This document shows, piece after piece, positions 57,709 to 64,000 of a stretch of 64,000 bases of DNA. Numbering within the stretch: the first letter of the stretch is position 1; every line of letters begins with the position of its first letter. Made by a program: the position numbers and the translations under genes. The DNA is from Rhizomicrobium sp. (GTDB lineage: Bacteria; Pseudomonadota; Alphaproteobacteria; Micropepsales; Micropepsaceae), in assembly GCA_036271455.1 (NCBI GenBank), contig DATBAP010000079.1, forward strand, positions 4,164-68,163, in the 5' to 3' direction. The notes under the pieces are model-generated. The model was not told the origin of the DNA and did not search any database. It saw only the letters and a program-made list of their open reading frames with translations.

Positions 57709-58753
57709 TCCCATCGCCGACGCGGAAGATCTGATCGCGCGCGGTGAGGCGCGTGCGGCGGCCGCGCAATTGCGCGCCCGTCTGGCTTCAGGCCGGGGCG
57801 GATTGCTGGCGCGCCTCACTTTGGTGAAGGCGCTGCTTGCGGCGGATGATCTGGATGGCGCGCTGGACGAAGCCCGTGAAGCCGCCGCCCTCAATTCCGG
57901 CATCGCCGTCGCCGCGCTGGCCTTGGGCGAAGTGCTGCTGGCGAAGGGCGCGCTTCCGGCGGCGATCGCGGAATTGCAGCGCGCGTCGCGGCTTGATCCC
58001 GCGCTGGAACGGCCGCGCTTTCTTATCGCACGGGCGTGGCTCGAAGCAGGCGAGGCCGCCAACGCGCTTGCCATTTTCGAAAGTCTCGAACCATCGGCTG
58101 AACGCGATGCATTGATCGCCCGCGCCAAGGCGATCTCCGCCGCACCGCGCTCGGACCCCGGCTATGTGCGGCATCTGTTCGATCAATTCTCCGCCGATTA
58201 CGACAACCGGATGCTGGGGCAGCTGGGCTATGCCGCGCCCCAAATTCTGAAGGATCTAGCCGATCTGGTGATGCCGGGACGCGATAATCTCAGGATACTG
58301 GATCTTGGCTGCGGCACCGGCTTGGCGGGGTTGTTGTTCAAGCCGCGCGCCGCGCGCCTTACCGGCATCGATCTTTCTCCCGCCATGATCGAGAAAGCAC
58401 GCGCCCGCGATGTTTATGATTCCCTCACCATGGGCGACATCGAGACTGCGTTGAGCGATGAATATGACCTGATCCTGGCCGCCGATACGCTGGTCTATCT
58501 GGGCGATCTGGGCCCCGTATTCGCCGCCGTGGCGGGCCATCTGGCTCCGGGCGGCCTTTTCCTGTTCACCACGGAAGCCAAGGAGGGTCCGGGCTTCGAG
58601 CTAGGCCCCAAACGGCGCTGGCGCCATGGCGAGGCCTATCTGCGCGAGGCTGCAAGCGCGGCAGGGCTTTCCGTGGCCGGCCTGGTGTCCGCCTCACCCC
58701 GGACCGAATCCCATCAACCGGTCCCCGGTTTCGCCGTCGCACTCACCCGCTGA
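57683..58753 (+). CDS. TPR plus SAM-dependent methyltransferase
   Basis: N-terminal TPR-like helices; YVRHLFDQFS, LDLGCGTG, DLSPAM, AADTLVYLGDL. Confidence 0.85.
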   Translation: MASAFSETDPIADAEDLIARGEARAAAAQLRARLASGRGGLLARLTLVKALLAADDLDGALDEAREAAALNSGIAVAALALGEVLLAKGALPAAIAELQRASRLDPALERPRFLIARAWLEAGEAANALAIFESLEPSAERDALIARAKAISAAPRSDPGYVRHLFDQFSADYDNRMLGQLGYAAPQILKDLADLVMPGRDNLRILDLGCGTGLAGLLFKPRAARLTGIDLSPAMIEKARARDVYDSLTMGDIETALSDEYDLILAADTLVYLGDLGPVFAAVAGHLAPGGLFLFTTEAKEGPGFELGPKRRWRHGEAYLREAASAAGLSVAGLVSASPRTESHQPVPGFAVALTR

Positions 58754-58804
58754 CAGTTTCATTTAACATTGGCCTATTTCACGGCTTGGCGCGTTCCGTC
58801 TGGC

Positions 58805-59479
58805 ATGAGCCAATCCGGCAAAACTCTGGCCGCCCGTGGTGTGGCCTTCTCCCAAGGCCTGAGCCATCTCCGCTTTCCCCTTTGGGGCCTGATCGCGCTG
58901 GCGGCCGTGCTGGTCTGTCTGGGCGGGTTTGCCGCCCATGGTTTCGACGAGAATGGCCTGCGTTTCGGCAATCTATTGGTGTGGCGCTTCGCCTGCCTGG
59001 TGTTTTTCGCCGCCGCCATCGCCGGTCCCGTCACGCGAATTATTCCCTGGGAATGGCTTCGCCGCGCCGGACAAGAGCGGCACCAGTTGATCTGGGGATT
59101 TTGCGCCAGCATCGGTGTTTATCTCGCCAGCCTGATCGTCCCCAACACGCTCACGCCGACGTCGCTCGACCATGAAGGCCTCACCGCCGGCATGGTGCTG
59201 TTCGTGATATTCGGCGCGGTGCTGACAATGGTGATCGCGTATGTCGCCTCGCCCCAGTCCAACCTGGGCGAGCAATCGCGCAAGACCCTGCTGGGCGTGG
59301 GCATGTTCTATTTCTTTCTGGCCTATACGCTCACCGCGCTCTCGCATCTGTCCGGCCCTCATCGGCCCGACGCATTTTACGGCTTCAGCCTGGTGCTGAT
59401 GCTGGCGGCTTTGCTGCTGCGTTTTGTCGACAATTTCGTCACGAAAATGCGCAAGCAAGAGGCCGCACCCCAGATCTGA
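58805..59479 (+). CDS. Hypothetical multi-pass membrane protein
   Basis: About six hydrophobic segments; ORF fills the gap on the coding strand. Confidence 0.65.
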   Translation: MSQSGKTLAARGVAFSQGLSHLRFPLWGLIALAAVLVCLGGFAAHGFDENGLRFGNLLVWRFACLVFFAAAIAGPVTRIIPWEWLRRAGQERHQLIWGFCASIGVYLASLIVPNTLTPTSLDHEGLTAGMVLFVIFGAVLTMVIAYVASPQSNLGEQSRKTLLGVGMFYFFLAYTLTALSHLSGPHRPDAFYGFSLVLMLAALLLRFVDNFVTKMRKQEAAPQI

Positions 59480-59592
59480 CAATTGTGCGAAAATGCACGG
59501 CTTTTCAGGTTGTTCCCGCTCTGGTGAGGTTCTGAGAATTATGCTTCACTCCCGCTTGTCGAGGGCAATTTTCAAGGCAAGCGGGGGGTACA

Positions 59593-59961
59593 ATGCGTCT
59601 CAAATTCGGATTGGCGCTGGTTCTTTTGGCCGGTGGGGTGTTGCCGGCGTTGGCGCAACCCGACTGTCCGGCGCCGATCGCGCCCGCGGCGCCCGATGGC
59701 CGCACCTCTACCCAGGCGCAAATGGTCGCGGCGGCAGGCGACGCCCGCAATTTCATCACCCAGTCAGACGTCTATCAGACCTGTCTGGTGGACTATGTGA
59801 AAGCGCAGAAAGACCTCGCCACCAAGAACAAGACCCCCTTCGACAAATTCATCGAATCGGACGCCATGAAGAAGATCACCGATAATCAGAGCGAGAAGAT
59901 GAAGGTCGGCACCGACATCAATGGCGCGATTGCCGCTTTCAAGGCCAGCCATCCGAACTAA
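59593..59961 (+). CDS. Small secreted hypothetical protein (two Cys)
   Basis: Signal peptide (ALA), PDCPAP..PDG, YQTCL. Confidence 0.72.
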   Translation: MRLKFGLALVLLAGGVLPALAQPDCPAPIAPAAPDGRTSTQAQMVAAAGDARNFITQSDVYQTCLVDYVKAQKDLATKNKTPFDKFIESDAMKKITDNQSEKMKVGTDINGAIAAFKASHPN

Positions 59962-60002
59962 GTCGAATCTTTTCGCCCGCGAATCACTTATCATCGCCCG
60001 TC

Positions 60003-60599
60003 ATGAGCGAAGCGGCGCTGGCGATCACACGGGCCGGGCGAAAGCCCCGGCCTCAGCATGTCTCCAAGGCCCAGTCGCGTTCCCAGATCCTGGAAGCCGC
60101 GCGCCGGGTGGCCGCTCGCGACGGCGCCCGCGACCTGTCGTTGCGGTCGGTGGCGGCGGAAGCCGGTTTCGCCCCGGCAGGCCTCTACGGTTATTTCCGC
60201 AGCAAGGACGAGCTGCTTCTGGCGCTGGCGGCCGACGACCTCACCCAATTGGCGCGGGCGATGCGGGAGGCAGGCGGCCTGAAGGGTGCCGCTGCCACGG
60301 CGCTGGCGCTTCTAGGTGGCACCGAAACCATGGCGGCGGCTTCGCAAGCCTTGCCGCGCGAAGGCGGCGGCGGCGACGCCGAGCGGCTGTTCAACGGCCG
60401 GATGATTGCGGCGTTGCGCGCGCTGTCGGAAGTGAGCGGGCTTCCTTCCGACAATCGGCAGAATCAATGCGACGTGGTGCTGGTGGCGGCGGCGCTGGCA
60501 GGCCTGGCCTTGCTGGAGCGTTCGGGCCGGCTGGGCGCACTGGGTTTTCAGGCGGGTGAAATTCTTTCGCGTCTGGAAAGCCGCTTCGCTCATCCCTGA
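60003..60599 (+). CDS. TetR/AcrR-family regulator
   Basis: ILEAARRV..LSLRSVAAEAGFAPAGLYGYFRSKDELL. Confidence 0.88.
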   Translation: MSEAALAITRAGRKPRPQHVSKAQSRSQILEAARRVAARDGARDLSLRSVAAEAGFAPAGLYGYFRSKDELLLALAADDLTQLARAMREAGGLKGAAATALALLGGTETMAAASQALPREGGGGDAERLFNGRMIAALRALSEVSGLPSDNRQNQCDVVLVAAALAGLALLERSGRLGALGFQAGEILSRLESRFAHP

Positions 60600-60619
60600 C
60601 GCGCATTTCCATCGCGCAT

Positions 60620-60653
60620 AAAAAAGAACCCCGTCCAACAGGACGGGGTTCTT
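60620..60653 (-). terminator. Strong intrinsic terminator oriented for a minus-strand transcript
   Basis: 13-bp perfect stem AAGAACCCCGTCC/GGACGGGGTTCTT with a 4-nt loop; the U-tract is on the minus strand. Confidence 0.88.
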
Positions 60654-60749
60654 GGTTTCTTGGCATTGTCTGGTCCGGCATCAAGCCGGAGCCCTGAACG
60701 GGATCACTCCCGTGTTTCAACAGATTCAATTGTCAGCTGCGGTCGCGTT

Positions 60750-60815
60750 TCAAGAGACCGTTGGCCCCTTTTTCAGAAGGGGCCGCGTTCTTATCGCCGG
60801 TGGCGTATCTTCCAT
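60750..60815 (-). CDS. Putative 21-aa small ORF inside the structured RNA (MEDTPPAIRTRPLLKKGPTVS)
   Basis: Perfect AGGAGG (60827-60822) 6 nt before ATG 60815; TGA at 60752-60750. Confidence 0.3.
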   Translation of the reverse strand: MEDTPPAIRTRPLLKKGPTVS

Positions 60816-61004
60816 GCGGAACCTCCTGCTGACATTGCTCCGCGGGCAGAACTCTCACGTCTATCCCGGATTCTTCGAAGGTGCTTCATCGGTCCGTTCC
60901 AACAGACCATCGCGTCAGCGGTCCGCCAGGGACTCCGCGCCACGCTCTTCGCACCCGAGAAACAACTCGGCGATCAGGCGGCAGAAAAGTTCGTCCGCGA
61001 AAAG

Positions 61005-61033
61005 ATTGAACGCTCGTGCGGTCGACGCGTCAA
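61005..61033 (-). promoter_or_regulatory. Sigma70-like promoter for the structured RNA
   Basis: TTGACG-N17-TTCAAT; predicted start near 60999, where the first helix begins. Confidence 0.6.
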
Positions 61034-61116
61034 CGCATAAATCATGCAACCGCGATGGAGAAAGAGCGGCAATGACGCATTATCGTGGTCTCACGAATTA
61101 TTACTTGTGCGCCGTT

Positions 61117-62202
61117 TTATAGTTTCAAGGATTCGATCACCGCCGGATGGGTGATTTTTCCGCCCCGCACATTCAGGCCCTTGGCGAAACCGGGATCCGC
61201 CGCCAGCGCCGCATCCACGCCCAGATTGGCCAGCGCATAGACATACGGCGCGGTCGCCGCGCCCAAAGCATAGGTCGAAGTGAGAGGGGCCGCGCCGGGC
61301 ATGTTGGCGACGCAATAATGGATGATGCCGTCGACCACGAAAGTGGGATCGGCATGGGTGGTGGGCCGGCTGGTCTCGAAACAACCGCCCTGATCGATCG
61401 CCACATCCACCAGCACCGAGCCTTTGCGCATGCGCTTCAAGTCCTCGCGCTTGATCAGCTTGGGCGCGGACGCACCGGGCAATAGCACGCAACCGATCAC
61501 CAGATCGGCATCGGTGATGGCTTCGCCGATGGCGTGATGGGTGGAGAAGACGGTCTTGAGCCGGCCGTCGAATTGCTCATCCAATTGTTCCAGCCGCGAG
61601 GGAGAAATATCGAACAAAGTCACGTCTGCGCGCATGCCCACCGCCATTTCGGCGGCATGCTCGCCGGAAACGCCGCCGCCCAGGATCAGCACTTTGGCGG
61701 GAGCCACGCCGGGCACGCCGCCAAGCAGCATGCCGCGTCCGCCGGCGGGCTTGAGCAAAAGCGCCGCGCCCACTTGCGTCGCCATGCGGCCCGCCACCTG
61801 GCTCATCGGCGCCAGCAATGGCAGGCGGCCCTTGGCATCGGTGATGGTTTCATAGGCGATAGCGGTGGCGCCGGATTTCATCAGGCCCTTGGCCTGTTCG
61901 GGATCGGGCGCGAGGTGAAGATAGGTGAAAAGAATATGACGCGGCGTCAGCCGCGCGATCTCGACCGCTTGCGGCTCTTTCACCTTCACGATCATGTCTG
62001 CGGCTTTGAAGACTTCGTCGGCATTGGGCAGGATCGTGGCGCCAGCTTTCCTGTAATCTTCATCACTCTGGCCGATGCCCGCGCCCGCGCCGGCTTCGAC
62101 AAAGACCTGGTGGCCATACACCGTCAATTGATGCACCACCGGCGGCACCAGGCCTACGCGGAATTCCAGGGTCTTGATTTCTTTGGGGACGCCGATCTTC
62201 AT
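61117..62202 (-). CDS. ald: Alanine dehydrogenase
   Basis: MKIGVPKEIK..EFRVG, VKVKEP, FTYLHLA, GGGVSG, DVAIDQGG, YCVANMPG. Confidence 0.93.
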   Translation of the reverse strand: MKIGVPKEIKTLEFRVGLVPPVVHQLTVYGHQVFVEAGAGAGIGQSDEDYRKAGATILPNADEVFKAADMIVKVKEPQAVEIARLTPRHILFTYLHLAPDPEQAKGLMKSGATAIAYETITDAKGRLPLLAPMSQVAGRMATQVGAALLLKPAGGRGMLLGGVPGVAPAKVLILGGGVSGEHAAEMAVGMRADVTLFDISPSRLEQLDEQFDGRLKTVFSTHHAIGEAITDADLVIGCVLLPGASAPKLIKREDLKRMRKGSVLVDVAIDQGGCFETSRPTTHADPTFVVDGIIHYCVANMPGAAPLTSTYALGAATAPYVYALANLGVDAALAADPGFAKGLNVRGGKITHPAVIESLKL

Positions 62203-62317
62203 GATCCATTTCACCCATTGGGATGCGCGTGGGCTGGTAGACCATTCCCGCCCGCGAGGCCAGTGTCCTGCCCCTGAAAACCATGTTAGACCCGCCATGC
62301 AGGCGGTGCGGGGCATC

Positions 62318-63676
62318 ATGGCAAGCGGTTTGCGGGCGAATTCCCTTTCGTTTTTCGAATCGCTGGTGATGGGAGTGGCGGGCAGCGCACCCGGCTATAC
62401 CATCGCCGTGACCACGGCGGTGCTGCTGGCCAGCGCGGGCACTTTGGCGCCCGGCGCCTTGGTGATTTTCGCCGTTCCCATGCTGGGCATTGCTTTTGCC
62501 TATCGGGCGCTGAACCGCGAGCGCGTCAGCGCCGGCGCCGGTTATCAATGGACCACGGCGGTTCTGGGGAAATTTCTGGGCTTCTTTTCGGGCTGGGCGC
62601 TTCTGATCGCGGCTTTGGTGTTCATGGTGACGGGCAGCATTCCCGCTGCCACCGCCAGCCTCAATTTCATCGCCCCCGCGCTGACCGGCAATGTGATCGT
62701 CACCACCTTGGTGGCAAGCTTCTGGTTCGTAGTGGTGGCGCTGGTCCTGATCATGGGGATCGAGATCACCAGCAAGGTGCAGGTGGTGATGACGGGCATC
62801 GAGCTGATCATCCTCACGGTCCTGATGATCGCCGCCTTCATCCATACCGCGCATGCCGGCGCGATGAATCCCTTTTCCTGGTCATGGTTCGGCTTCGGCT
62901 ATACCCGCCAAAGCTTCGCCGCCAGCGCGCTGGTCGCGGTATTCTTCTATTGGGGCTGGGACGTCACCGCCAATCTCAGCGAGGAAACCGTCAATCCTGA
63001 GGCCAATGCCGGCAATGGCGGCTTTTCCAGCGTGATCGTCACCATCGTCTATTATCTGGGCTTCACCATCGCGGCTTTGTTCCTGTTCTCACTCAAGGAC
63101 GCGGCGCATCTCACCGACAATATCGTCTATAATATCGCGGTGGCGTCGGGGCTGGGGCGGCAAGGCGGATTGGCCGCGTCCCTGGCGGTGATCCTGTCTT
63201 CCATCGCCACGCTCGAAACCACCATGCTGCAATTCTCGCGCACCTTGTTTGCGATGGGGCGCGACGGGGCCATGCCGCGCCTGTTCGGCAAGGTCTCGGC
63301 CAAGACGCAAAGCCCCACTACCGCGATGTATCTTTTGATCGGCATCGGGCTGGTGCTGCTATGGGGCTCGAGCCTGATGCCCAGTGTCAGCGCCATCATC
63401 ACCGCCTCGGTCAATGCGGTGGCGATCCAGGTGACCTATTATTATGGCCTGACGGGATTGGTAGCGGCGTGGAGCTTTCGCAGGCAAATTGGGGCTCGCT
63501 GGCTGGCGCTGTCGCTGTTTCCCGGCCTCAGCGGGCTCATCCTGATCGGGCTGGGCGTCTATGCCATCACCACCTTCAATCTGGTCACCCAGATCGTGGG
63601 CGTGGGCGGCTTCGCGCTAGGCATCCTGTTCTTCCGGCCGGGACGCTATCGGACGGCGGCCGTGCTCGCGGAGTAG
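62318..63676 (+). CDS. APC-family amino acid permease
   Basis: GSAPGY, SAGAGY, FFYWGWD..ANLSEE, SRTLFAMGRDG; about 12 TMs. Confidence 0.85.
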   Translation: MASGLRANSLSFFESLVMGVAGSAPGYTIAVTTAVLLASAGTLAPGALVIFAVPMLGIAFAYRALNRERVSAGAGYQWTTAVLGKFLGFFSGWALLIAALVFMVTGSIPAATASLNFIAPALTGNVIVTTLVASFWFVVVALVLIMGIEITSKVQVVMTGIELIILTVLMIAAFIHTAHAGAMNPFSWSWFGFGYTRQSFAASALVAVFFYWGWDVTANLSEETVNPEANAGNGGFSSVIVTIVYYLGFTIAALFLFSLKDAAHLTDNIVYNIAVASGLGRQGGLAASLAVILSSIATLETTMLQFSRTLFAMGRDGAMPRLFGKVSAKTQSPTTAMYLLIGIGLVLLWGSSLMPSVSAIITASVNAVAIQVTYYYGLTGLVAAWSFRRQIGARWLALSLFPGLSGLILIGLGVYAITTFNLVTQIVGVGGFALGILFFRPGRYRTAAVLAE

Positions 63677-63678
63677 GC

Positions 63679-63703
63679 GGAACGCGGGTTCCGCTGTGGC
63701 GTT
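63679..63703 (+). promoter_or_regulatory. EcfG-type general stress promoter
   Basis: GGAAC-N16-CGTT 28 bp before the start of the last gene. Confidence 0.75.
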
Positions 63704-63731
63704 GCCTTTGAGCTAAACCGAGGAGGACCAC

Positions 63732-64000
63732 ATGGCCAAACCCACATCCAGACAGCGCCGCATCGAAGGGCGCGTGATGCATGAATTCAAGCATGGCGAA
63801 TTGAAAAGCGGCAAAGCCGGCAAGGCCGGCAAGGTGAAAAGCCGCAAACAGGCGATCGCCATCGCGCTCAACGAAGCGGGCGCATCCAAATACAAAAGCC
63901 CGGCCAAGAACCGCAGCAGTCTGGTCAAGACCGAACGCAAGGAAGCACGGGGCCAGACCGCCGAGCAGGAGCGGGAAGGCAAGTCCCATGTTGGCGCGCG
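63732..64000 (+). CDS. DUF6496-like small basic stress protein (runs off window end)
   Basis: Not in ORF track. AGGAGG then ATG; MAKPTSRQRRIEGRVMHEFKHGELKSGK..KVKSRKQAIAIALNEAGASK. Confidence 0.78.
   Translation, partial: MAKPTSRQRRIEGRVMHEFKHGELKSGKAGKAGKVKSRKQAIAIALNEAGASKYKSPAKNRSSLVKTERKEARGQTAEQEREGKSHVGA

Larger units (their letters stand above)
60618..60999 (-). ncRNA. Candidate ~380-nt highly structured stand-alone RNA, family not identified
   Basis: No credible protein in the interval; bounded by a promoter (61033-61005) and a terminator (60653-60620); many hairpins plus two long-range closing helices (see findings). Confidence 0.7.

Noticed and set aside
60618-60999. Identification as RNase P, SRP, tmRNA, 6S, a riboswitch, retron msr-msd or a group II intron
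   Set aside because: Lacks GAGGAAAGTCC, GGAAGGAAGCAGC, tRNA-like ends and domain V; no reverse transcriptase nearby; no downstream same-strand gene to regulate.
60652-61122. Plus-strand ORFs 60652-61122 (156 aa) and 60660-61040 (126 aa)
   Set aside because: No recognisable motifs, TTG starts without an SD, Arg/Ser-rich composition; better explained as the antisense shadow of the structured RNA.
1-64000. Mobile element, prophage or defence island
   Set aside because: No integrase, transposase, phage, restriction or toxin-antitoxin genes, and no obvious compositional break.

Overview
GC-rich alphaproteobacterial chromosomal window with about 56 densely packed CDS. The gene repertoire (xylX/xylA, SciP-, PodJ- and Tad-like genes, EcfG-type promoters) suggests a Caulobacter/Rhizomicrobium-like soil organism (inference). 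I saw no rRNA, tRNA, CRISPR, integrase or transposase. Main blocks: (1) a glucuronoxylan locus (ExuT-like MFS, Tat-exported GH10, GH67, Weimberg xylX-xylA, SGNH esterase) with LacI/XylR-type palindromes; (2) DUF1800/DUF1501, a PLP lyase, a YncE-like propeller, a TadG/TadE trio and an MdtA/MdtB-like pump; (3) SciP-like, TPR-glycosyltransferase and PleC/DivJ-like kinase genes; (4) gnd-zwf-pgl-GH15-ROK kinase and otsB-GH15-otsA, each behind a GGAAC-N16/17-CGTT promoter; (5) copCD, ada plus a 2OG oxygenase, Crp, Lhr/PdeM, TauE, PodJ-like, thiolase, cNMP-patatin, MaoC, TetR, ald and an APC permease. The standout is an unannotated ~380-nt minus-strand region (about 60999 to 60618). It has its own sigma70-like promoter, multi-domain base pairing, a GNRA-capped hairpin, an embedded AGGAGG-led 21-codon ORF and a strong intrinsic terminator, making it a candidate stand-alone large structured (possibly dual-function) RNA. 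All calls come from reading the sequence; no searches or folding programs were run.
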